64,000 nucleotides of DNA from Takakia lepidozioides (taxonomy: Eukaryota; Plantae; Bryophyta), in the NCBI GenBank assembly GCA_030704615.1, contig CM060731.1, forward strand, positions 54,870,001 through 54,934,000. Direction: 5' to 3'. The number at the start of each line of letters is the position of its first letter. Position 1 is the first letter of the stretch. This document shows, one piece after another, positions 24,691 to 36,700 of this stretch. The notes beneath the pieces are model-generated. The model ran no database searches and was not told the DNA's origin. It worked only from the letters and a program-made list of their open reading frames with translations. Made by a program: the position numbers and the translations under genes.

Positions 24691-27094
24691 CTCACCCAAA
24701 GCGAGATGAATGAGCTCAAACTGCAAGTGCAGAACATTGCCACAACTACTATAGACAATGTCTATAGTAGGATAGCGGAGCTACAAGAGGATGTAGACGG
24801 CCTGCAGACTCAGGTGGAGGACCTGACATCAAATATTGACAAGAGAGTCTTTGTACCTGAGGAGCAGCTGATGGCTTCTTATTTACAAGCCAGAACTTTG
24901 ACTTTTCAGTCTTCTTCGCAGGGGGTGCAGGAGATGTCAGTGGTCAAGAGCCAGTGCCACCAACACCACAACAAGTCACTGTGACAGTAACTGACCCTGT
25001 TGTTACTACAGCCACACCATAGCCGTCACCGCCTGAGGTATGGGGGGATGCTGCTTTTAACCCACCTAAAACTCATGCTGCACGGGAGTACAGTCGGGCT
25101 ATGATTATGCCCTTCAACCAAATTTCCATTGTGTTGGATTTGGCTTGGAAGGAATTTAGTCCTCCACAGTCGTTGGCACATTACTACCAGATCATGTGCA
25201 TTTGGCTGCCAGTGGCAACTAGGACTAAGGTTCTTCCGAACAATCGACCCATTGAGGATCATCACTTTGCAAGGTATTGGCATGAGGCAAGTACCATGTT
25301 GAAGGAATTAATTGCCTTCCAAGTTGTACATGGGTACATTTATACCAAGACCAAGGAGGTAGCAAGTATTGTCATGGGCTGCGGGTTATACTATGCTGCT
25401 TGTTTTCTGGCACGTTATCACATTGAGCAGCAGAAGATGCAATCGCGCTTTCTGAGTTATTCCAGTGGGGATCATTGGGTCTTACCTTCAGTGCCACCTC
25501 ATATGTACCTCTATGATGCAAAGGTGATGATGCAAAAAGATTCCCAACTTCGTTCATGGTTTCATGCGGCCTGGAACAATTTGTCAACACAGAAAGTCGG
25601 GCCTGATGATATTTTCTTTAAGGGCCAAGAGGCATGGAAATACTTGCACAATTCACAAGTCATTGGTACACCACTCACCTGGACAGACAAGGAGTTCAGG
25701 GTCTTCACCAATTTTGCCATTCAGCGCTTACAACAAGTTTTGCAGTTTAAACTTCCAGACATGGTGGGACAACATTGTATGCCCCAGAGGATTCCACAAA
25801 AAGTTCGGCCGTTAAAACACCTCAGAGGGGACGAGGATTCTGATACAACTGTTTCTTCAGCGGATTCTTTTGACATGGCAGAGGACTATGCAATTCAGAT
25901 GGCAGAGAAGAAGCGACGAGGGTCTCCTATGCCTGAAAGATTACCTCGATATCAGCCTCCAGAGGGACTGACATATCCAGGTAGTCTTCAATCATCTCCC
26001 TCAACCAGTGACAGGACACGGGCTCGCACACGGAGTCCTTCACGAGACTCTAACCGTCAGAAGGGTGCTTGCTCACAAACGGTTACAAATCCCAAACAGT
26101 AAACCGTGAGGATACGGCTTTTTGAGAGGGGGATGGGTAAATGTTAGAGGGCTGCTTAGGACTTAGACGCTTTTACGGGATCTGTGGGGTACCCTTAATT
26201 TTTACACAGACTGAGACCAATAGGAGCCTTAGGGGTGACAGCAACAGACTTTAGGGGGGGAGATACACAGCCCAACACAGCCAGTCACAGCCAACACAGC
26301 CGACACAGCCCGACACAGCCGCCACAGCTTCGCACAGCCCTACACAGCCCGACACAGCCAGTCACAGCCGCCACCAGTCACAGCTTGGCACAGCTGGGGA
26401 ACAGTTACCATTGGCAGGGAACGACTGTGGGGGAACGACATCTGAAAAAGGAACGTATACTACAGAGATAACGGTTAATGAGGGAAACGGTTAGAACAAC
26501 GGGTAGGAAGATAAAGCCAGGAGCGGGGATGGGAAAGGGGATCACTTCTGGGGGATCACTTCTGGGGGATCACTTCTTGGGGATCGCTTCTTGGGGGGGA
26601 CTACTTCTTGGAGGATTTCTGGCATCACAGCTGGGAAATGAAGCGGAGAGCGCATCTCTGAGTAGAAAGAGGGAGAGCACGGAGTAGGAGGAGAACGATC
26701 TGTTGATGCTTGATGAATGCAAGCAGTAGAGTTGTAATGTAGAGCAGATTAGAGACTCCATGGCTTCAGCCTGATACTTGATAGATATTAATCTGATACA
26801 TACTTCATACTCACACTGTGTCGAGAGATCTGAGTGAAGCTGTGGAATGAATGGATGAGTTGATGGAATCCGATAGAATGCTGAAGCAATCTGATACTTA
26901 AATACCAACAGTAAGGTAACTAGCTAACATGAATACGGGAAGGAATACAAATAGGAAACACCCCCATGATACACTAGCTGTAGGTCATGACTGATTGTTC
27001 TGAGCGGGTTGAGTGCTTAGAGATTTCCAACTCTTCTATCTTGGAGTTCTCACCTCGGATAGCGAAGGGATGGGTGAGTAAAAGCCGCTCGACA
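24691..27094 (+). mobile_element. 3' fragment of the non-chromovirus gypsy family: end of extra ORF (to 26102), PPT and 3' LTR (26142-27094)
   Basis: ORF 25101..26102 is highly similar to 2834..3736; GAGAGGGGGATGGG then TGTTAG...CGACA; LTR homologous to 13118-14246. Confidence 0.92.
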
Positions 27095-28689
27095 GGCACT
27101 TAGACATAATATATGACTAGCATATATGGCAGGGTTTATGCCACGTGTCATCAAGAATGTCTCTGAAAATAATTTAATAGTTATATTTGTAATTTTAAAT
27201 TCTTAAATTTATATTTTATTTTTGAAAACAGGGGATAGCAGCTTGGAAAATTTTATTAAATGGTATTATTGTTTAATTTAATAATGTTATATAAAATAAA
27301 AATAGATTAAATGATTTAAATTCTTCATTACATGGTGAAATTCTGATATAAAAAGAGAATGGACCCCTCTTGCATACTAGCAACCACAAGGACATTCAAA
27401 ATAGACAAGTTCAGGGGAATACACGCCGTGTAAATTATATTACAAAAATCCAAATGAGACCAATGTCCCAATGGACACCTCAAAGGCCACAAGGTCCCAA
27501 AACCCACGCCTGAAAAGGTCCAGTAAGCAAAAAATAAGCAAGCCCACACATGGGCTGAATTGTTGTAATACTAGTTTGTTCTGGTGCTACTAGAATCAAG
27601 GACCCTGATGCGGGCAGAAGGGAAGACCCAGGCCCTGTCGGGGTTCAGCTGGCAGAAGAACAAGCTGCTGACAACAACAACATGGAAGCAGAGTGGATAC
27701 AAGTTGATTTTGACAAACCTGAGTCCATCAGACAAGGCATCAGAAGGCCCAAACAAAGAACACTGCAATATCTGTAATAACATGAGACACAGTCGTCACG
27801 TCACACGCTAACCCAACATGGGTCTTGGCAAACTTTCAGCAAAGCTGAATCAATCACAGAAGCAAAAAAATGGGCAGGACCTCAAGGGAAGATGTATGGA
27901 GTACCTTTTGCAGTGATCAATGAGTACGTGGAAGGAGGAGAAGCTTACCCACTGCCAAGCATGGAGTACATGATGCAACCAACAGCACAAGTATCATGTC
28001 AGTTCACTCATAATGAGCTGGAGGCACTGGATGAGTTGGACGAGATATACCATATAAGTGATCACACTCCAATAAGACTACAACAACACCCCACATCAAC
28101 ATGTTGACACGGGGAAGTGCAAAGAAGGCCAAAATAGGGGATGGGATGCCTATTCTGTAGAAATCCAGCCAAGACATCAAGGATTTAGGGCAAAAACATG
28201 GATTTGGTGAAGAAGAATGCATTGGCATGGACAACATCTACAGCTCAGCAGGGTTTGAGCGCCAACCAGAGATATTCATGGGAGAGGGTGACAAAAGTGA
28301 GGAAGAAGCCAAACTTATATTTTCCTCATTGTAGCATCCAACTGATGTCTCAGTTTTTTGTCCCTCACTGCTGGGGATTTAACAGATTGTTTAACTATCT
28401 GACAAAATAATTTCTGTAAGAGGTCATCTCAATATCAAGCAACTTTGTGTGCCATGCATTTATGGGGTTGGATTACTATCCATTATTGCAGGGGGAGCCA
28501 TTAGAAACATTTAAGAATAAGACAAGTGGCTGGCCACGCTGGTTGTCTGCCCAGACAAACCTCAACCTATTAAGCAATACTCTGGAACAAACCTCAAGCT
28601 GGCGGAGAGTGTTTGGTGAAAGGCTCATCTCATTCTGCCCAGCAAAAGGACAAAATGAAGCTCGTCATCGAAATTTCGTACCGGACAAT

Positions 28690-29470
28690 GAAATGCGGCA
28701 CAACATTTTCGGAGAGCACAATGGAATGCGGTGCCGCATTTCCGTCGAAGGGTCTGGAATTGGACAAACAACGATGTCCGTTCTGGAAATGCGGCACCGC
28801 ATTTCCATGTCCGTCATCAAAAAATCGTATTGGACAATGGAATGCGGTGCCGCATTTCCGTCCAACTAGACGGAATGCCCACACGGGTCTGGAATCGGAC
28901 AAACAACGATGTCTGTTTTGGAAATGCGGCGCCGCATTTTCATGTTGGGCAATCGAAAGTTTTTATAGGACAATGTAAGTTTTTATAGGACGATGGAATG
29001 CGGTGCCGCATTTCCGACAAAGGGTCTGGAATTGGACAAACAACGATGTCCGTTTTGGAAATGTGGCGCCGCATTTCCATGTACGTCATCGAAATTTCTT
29101 ATTGGACAATGGAATGCGGTGCCGCATTCCCGTCTAGCATCATGGAATGGGGAGCCGCATTTCCGTCGATGGGTCTGCAGTTGGAAAAATGTCCATCTCC
29201 AAAAGGTAAATGCGGCACCGCATTTCCATGTTTGACCTCCGCATTTCCATTTACCTCCATGGAAAGAGCTGGCAATCGGCAAAACTGCCGTGTCGGAAAC
29301 GGAAATGCGGCACCGCATTTCCGTTTGTCCGAACAATTTCTGATGTCCAAACCATGAAACGGAAAATTGTTCTTGCCCCGGTTTTGGAAATGCGGTGCCG
29401 CATTTCCAAAGGAGGTTTTTGCAGTTGCCACATTTCCGTTCAGACATTGAAATGCGGTGCTGCATTTCAG
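28690..29470. repeat. Array of ~13 copies of the 22-bp palindrome with recurring spacers, downstream of the MTase-like gene
   Basis: Spacers gggtctggaattggacaaacaacgatgtccgtt and atgt.cgtcatc.aaa...tattggacaat recur alternately. Confidence 0.92.
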
Positions 29471-29605
29471 ATTTTGGGAGGGACTAGGTTTGGACGATGT
29501 TGTCGTTGGGAAGCAAATGGGAGAGGGGACATGAAGGACGGGGAGAATTTCCTTTATATACTTTGGAATAGAATTTAAATGTACAGAGAGTTCATTAAAA
29601 TTCTA

Positions 29606-31592
29606 CTAATCTTGAAAATCATCACTATCGTCGTCTTGTCCTTGACTGTCCTGCTCCGCCTCCACCCCGTCATTGCCTTTCTCATCTCCAGCGGACTACT
29701 CGTTGGCCAGGCTTTCAAAAATCCCATCTTCACCTTACGGAACCGACCATCTCACCTCCGTTGGCTCGTCGTCCTCCATGTCTGCATCGCTCTCATCCGC
29801 TGAATCACATATGAACTTTCGCACCCGTCTACCTGTCTCAGCTGTTGCCAACTCTTTCCTTATCCTTCTGTCCTCCCTAGCCCTCTCCAAAATCTGCTCT
29901 ACTTTACTAGGATTCTCACATCGTCTAATCACTGTATTTGCGAGTTTAGCTGCATAACTAGGAAGGGAGTAGTCCTTCACCGGGCTCGTCATGAAGTCGG
30001 CCCTCGCAAAGAACGGGACATTCTTCCTGGCAGGAAGTGTAGGGCCCTACATGTTTCGACCCGGATCCTGGAATCCTGCACATAACAATCACCAACGAGA
30101 CCAATGAGAACCACAGTCCGGAAATGCGTTTGACAAAAAATCACCCAGAAGGTTTTGCAAACTTACAATGTTTGCACTCACTCGTATTCCGGGTTCTCCT
30201 CGGCATCAATGTCCACTGTCTCTTCCTCCGACTCCGACGAATCCGAGGAGTCCTTGGCTTCGATGGGAGCCTTCACATTCCGTTGCAGCCCTTCCAGATG
30301 GGATCCCCAGACGGATGTGTCCTCCTCGTAGGCAAAGAGGTGTCGGTCGGAAAACCGCCCAACCCACATTGAGGCACCTGTTACAATGCTATCCACACAT
30401 TATGACATGGCCCTTCAGATGTTGCGAATTAAAGCATAACGAGAATTTGCAGAATAGCATACAACAAGATTCTGCATACCTGTCCCATAGATGAGGTCAA
30501 GCACTGTGCCCTCCACGTCAGTGCATGTCTCCATAATTGTCTGAATGAAGGCAGGGCTCCGAGTCCGTGAATACCGCAGGGGTTCAGTTGAAGTGAGGCT
30601 ATGAGGGAGAAGTTCCGTGGGAACGTTGTTGAACACGATGTCGTAATCGATGGGGTCGCAGTTCGGGTCAACCAACAATCCCTCCTTCCGGAAAGCAAAG
30701 GTGGAGTTCTCCTTCACAAAGCAGTATGCATCGAACTGCTTCGTTTGCATACACAGTGGGGAACGATTAGAAATCGAATGCGGCACCGCATTTCAAAACT
30801 CCTAAGAAAATGAAAGGACGAGTGCCAATGTCGTAATTACCTTCTTCCCTTCCGACCGAAGGCCCAATGTGTTGATGCACGTCCACTTCTTCTTCAGAAT
30901 TGGGACGACGCTCTTGCGGGTCCACTTCGCAATTCCTGTCTGCGTGTTTTTGCCTCTGCTCGCCAGGACAACCACACAGCCTCTGTCGTCCAACACCATG
31001 CGGGCGAGCCCGAATCCTTTCTTCCAAAAGTCCTCGGAGTACCTGTTCCAAGATGGCAAAGCTTGCAGTCCTTCCACAGGCTCTCCGTCTGGAAAATCCA
31101 AGATGATCATATCGCTGGGGCTTTGAACTGCAAAGACTTGCCCTTCGAAGCCGCGTCCTTGAAACGCACAGGGCTAGGCCCGGCAGGAAGACCCGTGCTC
31201 GTGGATCGGCTGGGTGTGCATGCTGCAGCTAGCTCCACGGACTCTGCCTGTGGCTCTTCGGATTTATGCGATCCCTCCAGCACGTCCACCTTTCCAGTTA
31301 GGCATGCAAACATCTTCCGCATTCAAGTCTCCTAGCATATAGTCTAAGAATTGCAGAAGAAAAATGAGGCGGGTTTCGGTGCTCGATCAGCTGGCGAATC
31401 CCGATAGCACGGAGCTCTCACTGGTGGCTGGGTTGCCTGCATGGCCAGATGCTACGAGATGGCAATCTCCTCTTGTAGACGCATCTGCTTCCTCCCCTTC
31501 GGCATTGGCCTACGTCCGAAGTACAATTTTTGGAGCTTACGACGATGTCTCTTCTCTGGTGCACGCACTCCCTCCCTCTCAAGTTCGAGCAT
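29606..31592 (-). pseudogene. Five-exon gene with a beta-class DNA amino-methyltransferase (N4C/N6A, N6_N4_Mtase-like) fold and an acidic tail; degenerate copy
   Basis: Exons ~31592-31422, 31331-30841, 30744-30480, 30377-30182, 30075-29606. Motif order: DMIILDFPDG (IV-like), FWKKGFGLARMVLDDRGCVVV (V/VI-like), RSPAFIQTIMETCTDVEGTVLDLIYGTG|ASMWVGRFSDRHLFAYEED (X-I-II, joined in frame across intron 30479-30378). Stops at CAG/CGA/CAA-type codons; about two frameshifts. Confidence 0.8.
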
Positions 31593-32005
31593 AAGAAGAA
31601 CAAAGACAGGGAAAAGGGGCGAAGAGTGCAGATGGAAAGGGCGCAAGAGGGGTGACTGAGGAGACACGACAAAAGAAGATGAAACGGCGGTGATGCACCC
31701 CTTGGGTTCGAAAGGGTTGGACAAAGGTGTCTCCTCGTGGACTTTGCGTCATTACAAAATTCGAATCGTTCAGGGTACGTCTGCTGTCCGAAAAACAAAC
31801 ATCATTATCCAACGGTCAGGCCGCGCCGCCTCATGCCACTTCAGTCAGATAGAGTGCAGACATGTGCCGCAATTCCGTTGCTCCACGTTTTCACATTTCA
31901 AGGCATTTCCGTCCCAGCGTCTGATGAGTTGGAGTGAAAATGCAAATGCGGCGCCGCATTTCCGTTAAGTACCATCATGAAGCTACACATCCGTACTTGT
32001 TGGAA

Positions 32006-33397
32006 GAAAATGCAGCACCGCATTTCCGTTCCACCTTCACATATCTTAGTTGTTGAACGGAAATACGGTGCCGCATTTCCGTCCCACATCTCCATGCCTG
32101 ATATACAAAAGGGAAATGCGGCGCCGCATTTCCGTTCTGGAATGTCGAAAGCTGCGATTCGGATGGAAATGCGGCACATTTCAGTTCCCGTGGTTCATGA
32201 TTTTCAATCTGAACGGAAATGCGGTACCGCATTTCCGTTCAACCTTCACATACCTTAGTTGATGAACGGAAATGCCGTGCCACATTTCCGTTCGGGAAAG
32301 TATAAAGGTCTCACCTGAACGGAAATGCGGTGCCGCATTTCCGGTCTGGAAAGTTTGAAGGTCTCACATGGATGGAAATGCGACACCGCATTTCCGTCCC
32401 ACAGCTCCAGGCCTCATATACAAAACGGAAATGCGGCGCCGCATTTCCGTTCTGGAATGTCGGAAGGTGCGACTCGGACGGAAATGCGGTGCCGCATTTC
32501 AGTTTCGATGGTTCACGATTCTCAGTCAGAACGGAAATGCGGTACTGCATTTCCGTTCTGCAGAGTATGAAGGTCCCAAACGGACGGAAATGCGGTGCAA
32601 AATTTTCGTCCCTCCGCTCCATGCTTGAGATAGAAAGCGGAAATGCGGCGCCGCATTTCCGTTCTGGTATGTCGGAAGGTGCGACTCGGATGGAAATGCG
32701 GCGCCGCATTTCTGTTCTGGAATGTCGGAAGGTGCGACTCGGACGGAAATGCGGTGCCGCATTTCAGTTACCGTTGTTCATAATTCTCAATCAGAACGGA
32801 TTTCCGCATTTCCGTTCTGGAGAGTATGAAGGTCTTAACCGGTCGGAAATGCGCTGCAGCATTTCCGTCACTTGGCTCCATGCCTCAGATACAAAACGGA
32901 AATGCGGCGCCGCATTTCCGTTCTGGAATGTCGGAAGGTGCGACTCGGACGGAAATGCGGTGCCGCATTTCAGTTCCGATGGTTCACGATTTTCAGTCAG
33001 AACGGAAATGCGGTGCAGCATTTCTATTCCTCAGCTCCATGCGTCAGATACAAAACGGAAATACGGCGCCGTATTTCCGTTCTGGTATGTCGGAAGGTGC
33101 GACTCGGACGGAAATGCGGTGCCGCATTTCAGTTCCCGTGGTTCATGATTCTCAATCAGAACGGAAATGCGGTACCGCATTTCCGTTCCACCTTCACATA
33201 CCGTGCTTGTTGGATGGAAATGCGTTACCGCATTTCCGTTCTAGAGAGTATAAAGGTTTCCCCCGGACGGAAACTCGGTGCCGCATTTCCGTCGCTCTGG
33301 TGCATGACTAAGATGCTAAACGGAAATGCGGCGTCGTATTTCCGTCCAACAGCAATCGAAAGTATCACTCCGGACGGAAATGCGGAACCTCATTTCC
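32006..33397. repeat. 27-unit array with 53-bp period: 22-bp palindrome plus 31-bp spacers of ~5 recurring classes
   Basis: Unit starts 32006, 32059, 32112, 32165, 32215, 32268 ... 33269, 33322, 33376. Confidence 0.97.
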
Positions 33398-33739
33398 GCA
33401 TGCGGAACCTAAATGGGTTGCATTGTTCCGAAACAACACAATTGCGGCCTGTCTTGATGAGTAGAACTTGGTTGTCTGACCGTTTTAACTAACAGTCTTG
33501 GCACTTGTCAGTGCGAACGTTCATGTCTGCACCGAGAATACTGCTGGATCCACCCTCAGGAGAAACTGTCAGGAGTTGTTATTTCGTCGCCGAATCGGCC
33601 ATCATTGTCATACTTACTGGCTATGGAATCACACCTCCCACCTTCATGCATGTAGCTTGAAACAATACTTTCTACTTCAATGTGCGATTCCAATCGTCGA
33701 TGGACTCCGCAGATCCACTTACATGGTGCTTGTGAGCCT

Positions 33740-36700
33740 TGGTCTGTTGCTATACTGAACCTCGCACTTGCCAACTTCGTGCGGTCTTCGATGGCTCCGA
33801 ATTCCTACGCTATAGTTTGCTGTCCTCCGCAACTTGGGAGAGCCTGGACCCAAACGAGGGACGACTTTGCAGAGTGACTGAAACTTACCTTTGTTCCAAA
33901 TTTAAGCTCAAACCGGGCACAGTTTATTTGGAAGAAGAAATGAAGGATGTTCCTGGACAGGTTGACGAGATCAGTGTCGGGCTAGGTAACGACGGAGGTT
34001 GCGGAATCGAATAGCACGTACCCCCATCAGACACCATCTTGTACCGAGCTGTGGGAATGCCCATTCCCTCTCCGAATCAGTCGTTGCCCACACCATCCAC
34101 AAAGGAGTCGGGAAACCGATAGGCGGCCACTGCCAATAGAAAGGTATGCAACGATAATCATTCCCGACCTGGACCGTCAAGACCCTCCATAGCTTCTCGT
34201 GTGGACGTATTCGACATTTCCGACGAGGAAGATGAGTGCATTGAGGTCCCCATGTCCTCCACACGGTCATTCAAATCCGACATGGACGTCTCTGCAGGTG
34301 CTACGCATGTACCCTCGAGCATAACTCCAACCCGGTCCATTGTGCAGCTCCTACGGCAACATCACCTTGATGGTTCTTGCTCCGAGCTGGCTGCTCTCGA
34401 CTATGCCAAATTTCCAGTTAGGAAGGTAACGTATCTACCTCCCGAAGTCGATGGCAATGTCATCTTCGAGTTTCCACCTGTTACTTCATCAAAACAAAGC
34501 CTCAGGGATGTTAACAGACATGGATCGAAAGCATGACGGACACCCCTGGTGTGTGACGAAGACCAGTAGCACGAAAATTGCTGATGGTGTTCGTGTACGA
34601 TACGTCCTCTCTGTGCGGGGAAGCTGAGGTGCCTCAATCCCGCCTGCTTCCACTTTCTCTCCAAAGGAGGGCGGAGAAACGAGACGGATTGGACTGGCAC
34701 AACGCCTCACATCCATTCATTGTCTCCAGCCAAGCTCCTGCGGGTACTTTCAAGTGCCGCCATTGCAAAGAAACCACCGACGTGCATGTCCATGTGCAGA
34801 GCCAAGCAATATTACGTAATCCATTGCTCCCGGACTTGACTAGAGCTTGCATACACGTTGGGGTCCACTACTGCCACCCCTTGGCGAGAGGGCAACATGC
34901 GGGAGGCTGTGCAGGAAGCACACGACATCATAAAAGAGGAGGTGAAAATTGAGCCCCGGAGCCAGACCAAAGCAGATTCAGCTGAAGGCAGCCCACAAGA
35001 TTGCTCTTTGCAAAATCATGTCTGAAGATGTTCAGACCGGGTGCCCTGAACGAAGAGGAGAGCTTGACCTGTTGGAGTCCAGCTCGCACGTTTGTAGTCC
35101 GAATGTGCGGAATCACATCGTATCTTGCAAGCAGGAGTTCGGCGGGGGTCGGACATGCACTCAATCCTGAGGTGAAACGAATGACTGGATATGACTACAT
35201 CCAAGGTAGCAGTTTTCTAGGGCAAGGCATCGAATCCAAATCGTTTACATTTTTAAAATGTCGACGTGTGGGCCTGGGAGTGGAGTCACTTGGTCACTCG
35301 CATGACAACTGGAAACTTGTCGAATGCTTGGGTGATGTTTGATCACATCAAGCGAATTAAAAACCATCAGTGGGTGACTATGGGGTGCATGTTTATGACT
35401 ATCATTCCAAGAGGATCATGACGATTGCAATTGCGAGATGAAAGGGGAGGACACACAGTCGGAGATGCATCTGTGGGAGGGCATAACGAGCAGATGGCAA
35501 GGGCGGGATTGCCAGAGCCCAATTTCAGGGATTCATGGCAGACAACGCTCAGGCCAACTGGGCAACGGTGCGGCGTGGTACGGTGAGGACCCCAATGTTC
35601 CAATGGAGGGGAAAGAGAGATCATGTGGATTCCATTGGATGCGAGTCTATCTGACTACACTACCAAATTGTTGCTAGCTCATTCCAGGCTGAAACACCGT
35701 GCCCTTTGTATGGCGTGGAAGGATGCCCCACATTTGATGACGCGGAGGTGAAGTTTGCTATCATCGAGGCTTGGTGGAACACGTCAGGTGTAGTGGAGAC
35801 AACCAATCTGGGAGCCTTGCACAGCTGGTTGGGGTGGTGGCATTTCCGGTATCGACAGTTCGGACAGTACATGCGGGAGGTATGATGCTGTCATTTTCGT
35901 GCAATTGTCTTTCTATTACGGACCTTTCCATGGGTTCCTCACCATTGTTTCTGTCCTTGTAGGAGCGGTGCTTGGATTCCGACACGGACATGCCGAACAC
36001 GAATATGGCAGAATCAGTGCACTCCTCCTCGCGAGCGTCTTCTGCCGCACATCTGGTGGACGTAGTGACGGCCACAACGGAGGACATCGACAGAGCAATC
36101 ATGCAGCAAGCCACGTACTACAAGTTCCTGAGCGGGAAATAATGGGGCTTTGGGCCGGACAGGGAGGAATTGTTGGTACGAACAGCTTCGAGGTCGAAGA
36201 ATCCACTGAAATGGGCGACAACATTGCGAGAGAAGATCAAAGGGACGCCTCTGCAGACAGAGGTGAGCACCTAGAGGGGGACGTCCGTACTCGCCCTATG
36301 AGGCGGAGGATTGAAGAGGAACCCGGGTGCGAAGATGAATCCTGGAGATCCGACAGGAACATTCGGACAGCACCTCGAGGGCCCGTCATGTTGCCGCACA
36401 ATGTGTCTTCTAGCAATGGAAGCCCAAGAAATTCCAGATCGCCATCGCCTTCAAGCGGGGATTCCGTGCGAGAAATTCCCACCGCTCGCTTACCCCAGAT
36501 TCCGCCCGCTGTTATGCAGTATGGCCAAGCCATTGTAGAGACGACTTGTCGCGCACCTCACTTCGGTAAGCTCCCCCTCAAGTCATAGTTACTCGCTTTG
36601 ATGCGCGCGCCTGACTCCCAACCGGCCGCCGGGCCAACTTGGAGCTTCGGCTGCTCACCGGGACATAACGGTCCCCCTTCGCTCTCCCGAAAGACCCTCC

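Noticed and set aside
29606-31592. Bacterial contamination or a restriction-modification system
   Set aside because: The gene has GT-AG introns, lies within a plant MULE, and no cognate endonuclease is adjacent; the REase-fold gene is 30 kb away and unlinked.
32006-33397. CRISPR array
   Set aside because: Spacers recur in ~5 classes rather than being unique, no cas genes are present, and the context is a eukaryotic transposon.
28447-33492. ORFs with KCGAAFP / NAAPHF / EMRCRIS repeats
   Set aside because: They are translations of the palindromic DNA repeat and appear on both strands in all frames.
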